NCBI GenBank assembly: GCA_026986575.1
Contig: JALSOH010000004.1
Coordinates: 768,001-832,000 of the forward strand
From: Thermoproteota archaeon
GTDB taxonomy: Archaea > Korarchaeota > Korarchaeia > Korarchaeales > Korarchaeaceae
Reading direction: 5' to 3'
DNA length: 64,000 bases
A program made the position numbers and the translations under genes. The notes under the pieces were generated by a model. It did no database searches. It saw only the letters and a program-made list of their open reading frames with translations, and had not been told where the DNA came from. Below are positions 10,230 through 19,321 of this stretch, one piece after another (within the stretch, counting starts at the first letter, position 1; each line of letters starts with the position of its first letter).

Positions 10230-11204
10230 ATGGGTTTGGAGCTGAAATTCACCAAGAAACTGATTATAGCTGCCCTACTTCTGATAATAGGAGCGATCTT
10301 CCCTTTATTCGCGGATGAATTCCTAGTTTCCATTCTGATGCAGGCCTATCTATGGGCCTTCTTGGCCATGAGTTGGGATGTAATAGGAGGCTATGGTGGT
10401 CAGTTCTCCTTGGGACACGCCGCATTTCTAGCCCTCGGAGCATATACCTCAACCATACTACTTCAGGGCTATAATGTATCCCCATGGGTAGGAATGTGGG
10501 CTGCTGGAGTGGTTGCAGGGGCGGCCGGAGCCTTGGTGGGAATAGCCTCTTTGAGACTCAAGGGACCTTTCTTCGCCCTCGGTACCATAGCCTTCGCCGA
10601 GCTGGTGAAACTACTGCTCCTTTACTTCAAAGGGATAACTGGGGGACCATTAGGGATACTCATAACTAAGAGTGGACCGGAGAACATGCTCTTTGAGACC
10701 CAGACACCCTATTACTACCTAATGTTCGTCCTCATGCTGGCTGGAATACTCTTCCTGAAGTGGTTTGAGTCCTCTAGATTCGGTATAGGGCTAGTGGCTG
10801 TGAGGGAGGATGAAGAAGCAGCTGAAGGTGTTGGGATCAACGTTTATAGGACAAAGGTTATAGGCGCGGCTATAAGCGCTTTTCTGACGGGAATCGGGGG
10901 AACGATCTACGCCCAGTGGATACACTTCATAAGACCAGATATTCTGGTCAAGTTGGAGTACTCTACTCAGATAGCAGCGATAGACGTAGTTGGTGGTGCA
11001 GGGAGCCCGTACGGTGGATTAATCGGCGCTTTGATCTTGGTGCCGCTCTCTCTATACCTGAATGCTCTCTTCGGTGGAATGATCGCTGGTCTAAGCCTCA
11101 TACTATATGGAGTGGTTCTGCTCATAGTAGTGGTCATGATACCCGGAGGAATATACGGCCTTCTCAGAAGGAGGCTAAGAAGAAAACTTCCTGATCAGAG
11201 GTGA
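10230..11204 (+). CDS. livM: Liv-type ABC permease
   Basis: GYGGQFSLGHAAF, LRLKGPFFALGT, AVREDEEAA. Confidence 0.92.
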   Translation: MGLELKFTKKLIIAALLLIIGAIFPLFADEFLVSILMQAYLWAFLAMSWDVIGGYGGQFSLGHAAFLALGAYTSTILLQGYNVSPWVGMWAAGVVAGAAGALVGIASLRLKGPFFALGTIAFAELVKLLLLYFKGITGGPLGILITKSGPENMLFETQTPYYYLMFVLMLAGILFLKWFESSRFGIGLVAVREDEEAAEGVGINVYRTKVIGAAISAFLTGIGGTIYAQWIHFIRPDILVKLEYSTQIAAIDVVGGAGSPYGGLIGALILVPLSLYLNALFGGMIAGLSLILYGVVLLIVVVMIPGGIYGLLRRRLRRKLPDQR

Positions 11205-11941
11205 GGGTGATAGAAGTGCTGGAAGTCAAAGGTGTGGTTAAGAGGTTCGGGGGTCTCGTGGCCTTAAACAAGGTGAGCTTATCTGTCAAAGAAAGGGAAT
11301 TCTTAGGTCTCATCGGACCCAATGGATCCGGCAAGACGACGCTGTTCAACGTAATTACCGGGTACTATAGGCCAGAGGAAGGCAGGGTATACTATAGAGG
11401 AGATGACATCACTGGGCTCAGACCCCATCTCATAGTTAAGAAGGGTATTGCTAGGACCTTCCAGATACCTAAACCCTTTGGTAGGCTAACAGTTCTCGAG
11501 AACGTCATGTCAGCAGCAATGTACGGTAGGAAGGCCGCATCTAGGAGCGAGGCTAAGGAGATAGCCATGGACTGGCTCGAATACGTTAGGCTGAAGGAGA
11601 AGGCCGATGTGGAGGCCAAGGCCCTCAACATAGTGGAGAGGAAACTTATGGAGCTAGCTAGGGCGCTATCCACTGGCCCGGATCTCTTGCTTCTTGATGA
11701 GCTGGTGGCCGGTCTCAACCCGTCCGAGATGATGGAGGTCGTGAAGCTCGTCAGGAAGCTGGTGGATGAGAGGGGGCTCACCATAATAATGGTGGAACAT
11801 GTGATGAAAGCGGTGATGAGCATCTCGGACAGGGTGTTCGTCCTTCACAGAGGCGCGAAGCTGGCGGAGGGCAGTCCTCAGGAGGTCTCGAGGGATCCGA
11901 AGGTCATCGAGGCCTACCTAGGGGAGCCGATCCAAGTGTGA
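11201..11941 (+). CDS. livG: Liv-type ABC ATPase
   Basis: GPNGSGKTT, GIARTFQ, LLLDE, VIEAYLG. Confidence 0.95.
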   Translation: MRVIEVLEVKGVVKRFGGLVALNKVSLSVKEREFLGLIGPNGSGKTTLFNVITGYYRPEEGRVYYRGDDITGLRPHLIVKKGIARTFQIPKPFGRLTVLENVMSAAMYGRKAASRSEAKEIAMDWLEYVRLKEKADVEAKALNIVERKLMELARALSTGPDLLLLDELVAGLNPSEMMEVVKLVRKLVDERGLTIIMVEHVMKAVMSISDRVFVLHRGAKLAEGSPQEVSRDPKVIEAYLGEPIQV

Positions 11942-11950
11942 GGTGGTAAC

Positions 11951-12658
11951 ATGCTCCTCGAACTTCAGAAGATAAATGCCGGATATGGGGACCTGCAGGT
12001 CCTCTGGGATGTCGACCTCTCCGTGGACAAGGGGGAGATTGTGAGCCTGCTAGGGAGCAATGGAGCCGGGAAGACCACCACTCTAAGGGTAGTCTCGGGT
12101 CTGCTGAAGCCCTTCAGCGGGAAGGTGATGTTCAACGGCCGGGACATCACGAAGCTGCCTAGCAACAAGAGAGTTGAGATGGGCCTGGCCTTGGTGCCTG
12201 AGGGGAGGCAGCTCTTCCCGGAGATGACCGTGCTGGACAACTTGGAGATGGGCGCGTACACTAAGAGGGCTAGGGACAAGTTCCACGACACGCTCGAGTG
12301 GGTGTTCACCCTCTTCCCCAAACTGAAGGAAAGGAGGACCCAGTTAGCCGGAACAATGAGCGGCGGGGAGCAGCAGATGCTCGCAATAGCTAGAGGGCTG
12401 ATGAGCAGGCCCGAGGTTCTCATGATGGACGAGCCCTCCATGGGGCTAGCGCCCAAGCTGGTCTTGGAGATATTCGGGACGGTTAAGAAGCTCAGAGAGG
12501 AGGGGGTGACCATCCTATTGGTGGAGCAGAATGCCAAGGCCGCGTTGGACGTGTCTGACAGGGCTTACATCCTAGAGACTGGTAAGATAGTTCTCCATGG
12601 ACCGGCGCAGGAGCTTCTAGGAATGGATGAGGTGAGGAAGGCCTACTTGGGCATTTGA
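11951..12658 (+). CDS. livF: Liv-type ABC ATPase
   Basis: GSNGAGKTT, VPEGRQLF, MSGGEQQM, DEPSMGLAP, LVEQN. Confidence 0.95.
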   Translation: MLLELQKINAGYGDLQVLWDVDLSVDKGEIVSLLGSNGAGKTTTLRVVSGLLKPFSGKVMFNGRDITKLPSNKRVEMGLALVPEGRQLFPEMTVLDNLEMGAYTKRARDKFHDTLEWVFTLFPKLKERRTQLAGTMSGGEQQMLAIARGLMSRPEVLMMDEPSMGLAPKLVLEIFGTVKKLREEGVTILLVEQNAKAALDVSDRAYILETGKIVLHGPAQELLGMDEVRKAYLGI

Positions 12659-12760
12659 AGAACCCCTCCTCCTTTTTCTCGGTATCGACCTTCCAATACG
12701 GGACAGGCGAATCGAACCCGATCAGATAGCTTATAACCCATCACCGCCCAACCTGATTGT

Positions 12761-13072
12761 ATGTTGACCCTCAAGCCGAGCAACCCTGAGATGGCGAAGG
12801 CTTTGGTGGACTTCGCTCAGGGGGTTCAGAGGTCCTTCGGGGACAGGCTGGTCGCCCTCTACATAGCGAGGCACCCGTCCATCGAGGTCGACGGCTACAA
12901 CGCTTTGGTCGTCTTGAAGGAGGTCAGGCCCGGTGATCAGGAGCTGGCCATCAAGCTGGCAATAGAGTCGTGCAGGGAGCTGGATCCCGAGGATCAGATA
13001 GCTCCCCTAGTTGTGGAGGAGGATGAGCTTGAGGAGGGAGAGATCCCCCCAGAGTTTCGCAGAAAAGTCTAG
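12761..13072 (+). CDS. Degenerate minimal-nucleotidyltransferase (MNT)-like protein
   Basis: MNT size and layout (FGDRLVALY...YNALVVL...IAPLVV), upstream of a HEPN gene; lacks GS and DxD; paralog of 51680-51994. Confidence 0.65.
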   Translation: MLTLKPSNPEMAKALVDFAQGVQRSFGDRLVALYIARHPSIEVDGYNALVVLKEVRPGDQELAIKLAIESCRELDPEDQIAPLVVEEDELEEGEIPPEFRRKV

Positions 13073-13391
13073 GCTGCTATTACAACAAGCCGAGCTTGAT
13101 CTCTCCCACGGGTGCTTCGAGAAATCTGCAAGCGCCTCCTATTTCGCGGTGGAGAACGCTCTCAACGCGCTTTCCCTAGGGAGACAGGGGAGCCTCCCCA
13201 AGGGATACAGGAGCAGGCTGGCCCTGATGGGCAGGTGGTTTCCTGAAGAAGCCACGGAATTCGATCGGATGCATAGGGTGCGTGTGAAGGCAGATCACTG
13301 GGACGATCTCATCCCTGAGGAGGATGCTAGGAAGCAGCTGGAAAGTGCCAAGAAGCTAGTGGAGAAGTTACTTTCCCTGCTCTCTGAGTAG
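13023..13391 (+). CDS. HEPN domain protein
   Basis: AELDLSHG.FEKSASASYFAVENA, RVKADH (Rx4H); overlaps the MNT gene; start uncertain. Confidence 0.85.
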   Translation: MSLRRERSPQSFAEKSRLLLQQAELDLSHGCFEKSASASYFAVENALNALSLGRQGSLPKGYRSRLALMGRWFPEEATEFDRMHRVRVKADHWDDLIPEEDARKQLESAKKLVEKLLSLLSE

Positions 13392-13429
13392 GCAGCTCTG
13401 GAACCCTATTTTGACTCTGACCTTCACCT

Positions 13430-14452
13430 TCACATGCGTTCCAGCACGGCCTCAGCGACCTCGAAGGTTGTGGCATTCCCCCCGAGATCGGGGGTCAGCA
13501 CACCATCCTTAACGGCCCTGTCAACCGCTTCGCGCATCCTCCTCCCTATATTACCGAGCCTTCCTTCCCGATACTTGGATCCCAACCACTCGAGCATCAT
13601 GGAGGCCGCCAATATCGTTCCTAGGGGGTTGGCTATCCCCCTACCAGCTATGTCCTCCGCGGTCCCATGGATGGGTTCGAAGGCAGCATACTCGTCTCCT
13701 ATTTGCGCCGAGCCGCAGAGTCCCAAGCTGCCTATCACCCCGGCGGCCACATCCGAGAGTATGTCCCCATATAAATTGGGGAGGAGCATCACGTCGAAGG
13801 GATGATCGACCTTCACGAGCCTGTAGGCAGCGGCATCCACTATGTAATCATCCGCTTCAACGCTGGGATGCATGGAGGCCATGTGATAGAACTCCTCGAG
13901 GAAGAGGCCGTCGCTAACCTTCAGGACGTTCTTCTTGTGGATGGCCGTGACCTTGGACCTGCCCTCCCTCTCAGCGAGCCGGAAGGCGAACTCCGCTATC
14001 CTCCTGGCACCCCTTCGAGTTACCACCCTCTTGGTGACGGCCACATCCCCTTGGAGCTCCTCCTCACCAGAGTACAAACCTTCCACGTTCTCCCTTACCA
14101 TCACAAGATCCATGCGCCTGAAGGATATGCCCTCATAACTCTTGAAGGGTCGTACGTTTGCGTATAGATCGAACTCTCTCCTGATCCTCAGATTAACGCT
14201 CGGATAGCTCCTTCCCTTGGTGGGAGTGGCAATCGGGCCCTTGAGAAGGGCGTCACTCTCCCTCAACTTATCCATCCCGCCCTCCTCTATTGGCAGCCCG
14301 GTCTCATTGAAGAAAGCCTTACCGGCCCTCACCTCCACGAACTCCGCATCCACGACCCTTTCCAGTAGGGAGAGAGTGGCGTCGATGACCTCCGGACCTA
14401 TACCGTCTCCCCTTATCACTGCTATTCGGGGTCTCAAGTCCATCACTCCCAA
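13430..14452 (-). CDS. Beta-decarboxylating dehydrogenase, probably NAD-dependent isocitrate dehydrogenase
   Basis: GDGIGPEV, SVNLRIRREFDLYANVRP (IDH-type S-x-N), RENVEGLY, NLYGDILSD, EPIHGTAEDIAG. Confidence 0.8.
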   Translation of the reverse strand: MGVMDLRPRIAVIRGDGIGPEVIDATLSLLERVVDAEFVEVRAGKAFFNETGLPIEEGGMDKLRESDALLKGPIATPTKGRSYPSVNLRIRREFDLYANVRPFKSYEGISFRRMDLVMVRENVEGLYSGEEELQGDVAVTKRVVTRRGARRIAEFAFRLAEREGRSKVTAIHKKNVLKVSDGLFLEEFYHMASMHPSVEADDYIVDAAAYRLVKVDHPFDVMLLPNLYGDILSDVAAGVIGSLGLCGSAQIGDEYAAFEPIHGTAEDIAGRGIANPLGTILAASMMLEWLGSKYREGRLGNIGRRMREAVDRAVKDGVLTPDLGGNATTFEVAEAVLERM

Positions 14453-14940
14453 GGAAGTTTCCCGTGCCTCCTGAAGTATGACTCTATCCCGCCCTCCTCT
14501 AGTAGAGACATTATCATTGGAGGGAACGGCTTGAATCTCACCTGCGTTCCCTTAGAGAGGTTCCTCACGATGCCCTCAGATAAATGGACCTCCACCATGT
14601 CCCCGTCCTCAGTTTCGATAAAAGCCTCCACCACAGGAAGCCCCACGTTTATAGCGTTCCTGTAGAAGATCCTGGCGAAGCTCTCGGCCACGACCGCTCC
14701 TACTCCAACGAGCTTGAGAAGCCTGGCAGCGTGCTCCCTGCTCGATCCGTAGCCGAAGTTCCTTCCGGCCACTATAACATCATTAGGCCTGATCTTCTCG
14801 CTGAACCCCGGTATGAGATCGTTGAACACGTACCGCCTCATTTCCTCTAATGTCCTGACCTTGTACTTGAGCCTGCCCGGGATTATATGATCCGTGGTGA
14901 TGTGATCTCCAAGTCTCCAAGCCCTGCCCCTAATCCTCAT
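14443..14940 (-). CDS. LeuD/HacB-type aconitase-family small subunit
   Basis: TTDHIIPGR, NFGYGSSREHA, SFARIFYRNAINVGL. Confidence 0.92.
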   Translation of the reverse strand: MRIRGRAWRLGDHITTDHIIPGRLKYKVRTLEEMRRYVFNDLIPGFSEKIRPNDVIVAGRNFGYGSSREHAARLLKLVGVGAVVAESFARIFYRNAINVGLPVVEAFIETEDGDMVEVHLSEGIVRNLSKGTQVRFKPFPPMIMSLLEEGGIESYFRRHGKLPWE

Positions 14941-16184
14941 GATAGCAGCCTCCTCGGGTCAGTGAGCTGTCCTCTCACAGCGGTCGCAGCTGCGGTCAGC
15001 GGGGATGCCAAGTATATCTGGCTGGATGGATGACCCATCCTCCCCGGGAAGTTCCTGGTCGAGGTGGAAACCACCACCTCTTCAGGCCCAAGCACTCCCA
15101 TGTGGGCCCCTATGCACGGTCCACAGGTGGGGGGACCCATCACGCAGCCGGCCCCCATCAACTCAGCTAGGATGCCGGACTCAACCAAGGATTCATATAC
15201 CGCTCTGGATGCGGGGGCCGCGATGCATCTCACTCCCTCCCTGACCCTCCTCCCTTTGAGCACCCTCACCGTCTGTAGGAAGTCCTCGAACCTCCCTCCA
15301 GAGCAGCTACCTATGAACACCTCATCTACATTCACACCTTCCACCTCCTCCACCGGCCTCACTTTATCTACATTTCCGGGGAGCGCCACGTTCGGCTGGA
15401 TTTCCCTGGCGTCAAATATGATCTCCTCCCCGTAGTCGGCGTGAGGGTCCGGTTGGAGGGGTTCCGCCTCAACGCCCCTCTCCTCCAGCCACCTGAGGGT
15501 CACACTGTCAGCTGGCACCAGTCCCACCTTGGCCCCCATCTCGACGCTCATGTTCGATAGCACCACCCTCGAATCTAAGCTCATCTCCTCAATCGCAGAT
15601 CCTAGGAACTCCACTGCCTTGTAGTTCGCTCCATCGCTGCCTAACCTCCCTATTATCTCGAGAATTACGTCCTTAGCCATGACACCGTCCTCCAGTTTCC
15701 CCTCCACAGTGATCGCCATCGTCTCAGGTACCCTCAACCAGATCCTCCCTCTAGCCATGGCTATCGCCGCGTCGGTGCTCCCCACTCCCGTGGCGAAGGC
15801 CCCGTAGGCTCCTAGGGTCACTGTGTGGCTGTCAGCCCCCAGTACCACCATCCCGGGCCTGACTAACCCAGCTTCGGGGATGACTTGATGGCTTATCCCG
15901 TTCCCAACATCGAATATCCTGATGCCGTGCCTTGAAGCGAAGGCCCTCATCTGAATGTGCAGCGCCGCCGCCTCGGCATGCGGAGCTGGAGCCGCGTGAT
16001 CTATGGTGAACACCACGTTTCCCGATAAAGAATCAAACCCTAGGCCTTCGAGCACGTCTATGGCGAGGGGCGCGGTGCCGTCGTGGGCGTACACCAGATC
16101 CACATTAACTACCACATGCTCGCCAGCCTCTACATCCCTCCCCAGCTTCGAGGAGAGGATCTTCTCGGTCATCGTCCCTCCCAA
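14937..16184 (-). CDS. LeuC/HacA-type aconitase-family large subunit ([4Fe-4S])
   Basis: HDGT, DH, GADSHT, FIGSC, CGPC, STRNFPGRMG, LASP. Confidence 0.93.
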   Translation of the reverse strand: MGGTMTEKILSSKLGRDVEAGEHVVVNVDLVYAHDGTAPLAIDVLEGLGFDSLSGNVVFTIDHAAPAPHAEAAALHIQMRAFASRHGIRIFDVGNGISHQVIPEAGLVRPGMVVLGADSHTVTLGAYGAFATGVGSTDAAIAMARGRIWLRVPETMAITVEGKLEDGVMAKDVILEIIGRLGSDGANYKAVEFLGSAIEEMSLDSRVVLSNMSVEMGAKVGLVPADSVTLRWLEERGVEAEPLQPDPHADYGEEIIFDAREIQPNVALPGNVDKVRPVEEVEGVNVDEVFIGSCSGGRFEDFLQTVRVLKGRRVREGVRCIAAPASRAVYESLVESGILAELMGAGCVMGPPTCGPCIGAHMGVLGPEEVVVSTSTRNFPGRMGHPSSQIYLASPLTAAATAVRGQLTDPRRLLS

Positions 16185-17473
16185 ACCTCGATCCCCTCCA
16201 CCAGCTCAGGTACATATCTCCTCAGGATCCCCAGCACCTCCTCATCACTCAGAGGTTCAGTCCTCCCACCTTCAAAGAAATTCAGGACCTCTCTATAGGC
16301 CATGTCCAAGCGAGGATCTCCCTTCAGGGACATCCAGTCCTTGATCCCGGCCTTCTTCACTAGCCAGTATATCAGACCAGCCCTTCCAGAGTATGGAGTG
16401 ATCTCCACGGTGTAGGGAATCCCCAGCACCTCCTCGGGATCGAAGGGCAGATAGATGGCTGGGTTCTTGAGCAAGCCGTCGATGTGTATTCCCGCCTTCG
16501 TCCTGAACGCGTTCTCCCCTAGTATGGGGTAGAAGACCGGCACGTGGAAACCCATCCTCTGGAAGAGATCCCTCGCTTCCCTCAGTGCTCTCAAGTTTAG
16601 GGGTGATCCCTTCACCAGCTGAGCGTAGAAAAGGGCCATAGCCTCCAGTGGACAGTTACCAGCCCTCTCCCCTATGCCGAGGAGGGTGCAGTTGGACAGG
16701 GAGGCCCCGTACACCCAAGCGGCGAGGTGATTGGCCACGACTAGGTGGAAATCGTTGTGCCCGTGGAACTCCAGTTGAGTGCTCTTCAACCCGAGATCGT
16801 CCAGCAGGAGCCTTATCAGCCTAGGTATGCTTCTGGGAAGTGGAGCTTCAACGAAGGGCAGGCCCATACCCAAGGTGTCGGAGAGCTTGAACCCCACCTC
16901 CACACCGTACCTCTCAGCCAGCCTCAGCACCTCGTCCAAGAAGGGCAGGAGGAACCCGTACACATCACACCTCGTTATGTCCTCCATCGCCACCTTGAGC
17001 TTCAGGCCCATCTTCATACCCTCCTCCACCGCCCTGAGGTACTTGGTCTTGGCCGTCTCCCTGTCCATTCCCAGCTTGTAGGTGATATGGTAGTCTGATA
17101 CGGAGGTAAGGACTATCGTCTCATCCAACCCAGCCTCCTTGACCAGTCTAAGATCTTCCAGACTGGCTCTGACCCATCCTATGGGTCTGGGGTAGGTGGC
17201 ATAGTCCTTTATCCTTCTAATGACCTCTCTGTCCTTTCTAGTGTAGGGGAAGAGCTCTATGTCCCTGACAACGCCACTCCCATTATCTAGCTTAACGAGC
17301 ACCTCGTAGATGGCCATCGCCTCCTCCACAGTGAAGGGCCTGCTCCCCTGCTGCCCATCCCTCAGCGTGGTATCGGTCAGTATGAGCTCATGAGTCGGAG
17401 GTCTCCTGAAAAATCTCGGAACACCCAGCTCGGGGAAGAACCAGCTTGGATCGGACGCCCCCATCCTTTTCAC
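16169..17473 (-). CDS. Re-citrate synthase-like DRE-TIM metallolyase
   Basis: DTTLRDGQQ, LDNGSGVV, SVSDYHI..KL, EDITRCDVYGF, DTLGMG, PRSI, HGHNDF, GIGERAGNCPLE resemble clostridial Re-citrate synthase more than LeuA/HCS. Confidence 0.8.
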   Translation of the reverse strand: MKRMGASDPSWFFPELGVPRFFRRPPTHELILTDTTLRDGQQGSRPFTVEEAMAIYEVLVKLDNGSGVVRDIELFPYTRKDREVIRRIKDYATYPRPIGWVRASLEDLRLVKEAGLDETIVLTSVSDYHITYKLGMDRETAKTKYLRAVEEGMKMGLKLKVAMEDITRCDVYGFLLPFLDEVLRLAERYGVEVGFKLSDTLGMGLPFVEAPLPRSIPRLIRLLLDDLGLKSTQLEFHGHNDFHLVVANHLAAWVYGASLSNCTLLGIGERAGNCPLEAMALFYAQLVKGSPLNLRALREARDLFQRMGFHVPVFYPILGENAFRTKAGIHIDGLLKNPAIYLPFDPEEVLGIPYTVEITPYSGRAGLIYWLVKKAGIKDWMSLKGDPRLDMAYREVLNFFEGGRTEPLSDEEVLGILRRYVPELVEGIEVWEGR

Positions 17474-17637
17474 CGGATTCGGACCAAGTGGTCCCGTGAA
17501 ATATTTATACGTTCCTTTTATCGTCGCATATTATCCGAAAATCGAATATAACGGATGTGAAACTTGTATAGCTGTAAAACGAATGATACCACGTCTCTCG
17601 ACTAAATGGAGGTTCAATATAAAAGTGATTAGGTTGG

Positions 17638-19239
17638 TCAGGTCGCCTCTTCGGGAGCAGGTAAGGGTCTCCTTCGGAGGAGGTAGATGGCCGAAACTAT
17701 AGTGGCCGCACCCACTATTCCCAATCCTAGGATTGTTGGATCCAGCCGGGGCTTCTCCACCGTTACGGTCCTCATGGCGCTCACGGTTTGGGTCACAGTG
17801 ACGGTCTCGGGCTGCTGAATCGCTTGGGTCTGCGTAACCGGGGCTTGGGCTTGGGCCTGCGCGGTCCGGGTGGTCTGGGTGGGCGGACCCTTCACTTCCA
17901 CCACTATGTCCGTGGTGTTAACGCAGCCGCAGTCTTCAGCCTTCGCTATCAAGGTGGCCCTGTACTCCCCAGGTGGGGCGTTCCTCAGGGTTAGGTTAAT
18001 CGATCCCAGCTCTCCAACCTTCAGTTTGGCTGGTAAGGAATATGAGATGCCGGATGGTAGCCCGACCATCATCAGGATCGCCTCATTCACATCGGGAGAA
18101 TCGAGAATCACGACAAGCTCCGACTTAGGACTGTCCCTAGTCAGAACCACATGGCTCGGCTTCACATCAACCGTTATCTCGCCCACCGTCCTCTCAACGA
18201 GTATCATTACCTGTCTGCTCTTGAGGAGCTCCTCGTCTCTGTACAGCTCAACGCTCATCCCATAGGTACCCGGGCTGGTTCCCTTGGGGACGGTGACCCA
18301 GAGACCGAGGTGAGTGGTCTTCGACAGCCTGCTGGGGTAGTGGCTCACGTACCACCCCGGAGGCGGGACGACCCTCAGAGTCAGGGGCTCCGTCGTCTCT
18401 CCCCCGGTTATCCCCACTGTGACCCTCACATGGAACGTGTCATCTGGCTTCACTTTAACCATCACGGGATACACGATGAGATTGACCTCCCTCTCCCCAA
18501 CCCCTTCGACGGTGAGCGTGGAGTAAGCCCTGTCGCAGTAACCGTCATAACAGCCCTCAATCACGATGCTGTAGTTACCTGGGCTCATTCCAGACGTGTC
18601 TATGGTCAGAGTGGAGGTGTAGGTGTAGCAGGGGATGGCTAAGCAGTCACATGCCACAGAGTTAGGGCACATGGGATTGGGATCGAAGGTGTGGCTGGCG
18701 CAGGTCGGGCATATCAGGGAGAGGTATATGGGGTGATTGAATCCGTAGAGGGGAGCTGCCTTGACAGTAAAGACAGCCTTTTCTCCCATGTTCACCGCAA
18801 GTGAGCTTGGAGATATGGAGAGCTCGAACTCAGGCTCGTAAGGCGGTAGGACCTCCAAGGTCACGTCGATGTAAACGTTCTGATCCGTTAGGGGATCCCT
18901 CCCCCTCACTGTGATTGTGTATATACCGGGTGGTGTGTAGATGGAGGTCCTCACCTCCATATCTGAATCGATGTCTCCCGTGGGGTTCAGAGGGTTGTCC
19001 GAGAAGACTACTGAGACTGCAGGTGGCTCGAACAGGGCTCTGAGGTAGACATCGTTGGAGTATCCGGGGGTGACGGTGATCAGAGTCACGGTGAAGTGGG
19101 CGGTCTCACCGGCCCTCACCCTCCTGTATGTGGGACTCACATCTAGGTCGTAGTCGGCCGCCCTCACTTCGATCAGGGTGAAGGAGAGGCTCACCACTAG
19201 CACCAGCACCAGTAAGAAGAGTGAAATACTACTTCCCAT
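17638..19239 (-). CDS. Secreted, C-terminally anchored surface protein with about four Ig-like beta repeats
   Basis: Signal peptide; repeats begin DYDLDVSP / EFELSISP / EVNLIVYP / EITVDVKP; Thr/Gln linker; TM followed by RRR. Confidence 0.75.
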   Translation of the reverse strand: MGSSISLFLLVLVLVVSLSFTLIEVRAADYDLDVSPTYRRVRAGETAHFTVTLITVTPGYSNDVYLRALFEPPAVSVVFSDNPLNPTGDIDSDMEVRTSIYTPPGIYTITVRGRDPLTDQNVYIDVTLEVLPPYEPEFELSISPSSLAVNMGEKAVFTVKAAPLYGFNHPIYLSLICPTCASHTFDPNPMCPNSVACDCLAIPCYTYTSTLTIDTSGMSPGNYSIVIEGCYDGYCDRAYSTLTVEGVGEREVNLIVYPVMVKVKPDDTFHVRVTVGITGGETTEPLTLRVVPPPGWYVSHYPSRLSKTTHLGLWVTVPKGTSPGTYGMSVELYRDEELLKSRQVMILVERTVGEITVDVKPSHVVLTRDSPKSELVVILDSPDVNEAILMMVGLPSGISYSLPAKLKVGELGSINLTLRNAPPGEYRATLIAKAEDCGCVNTTDIVVEVKGPPTQTTRTAQAQAQAPVTQTQAIQQPETVTVTQTVSAMRTVTVEKPRLDPTILGLGIVGAATIVSAIYLLRRRPLPAPEEAT

Positions 19240-19321
19240 CTCCAAATAGTTGTCCTCGGATAGAATAAAAATGTAGCCAGACAAGGGGTCAATCCGGCCG
19301 ATGATCACGTCGATTAAATGG

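Noticed and set aside
13430-17473. Plain leucine (leuABCD) or AAA-lysine operon
   Set aside because: Synthase and dehydrogenase signatures fit Re-citrate synthase and IDH better, and no ilv or lysW-type genes are adjacent; not fully excluded
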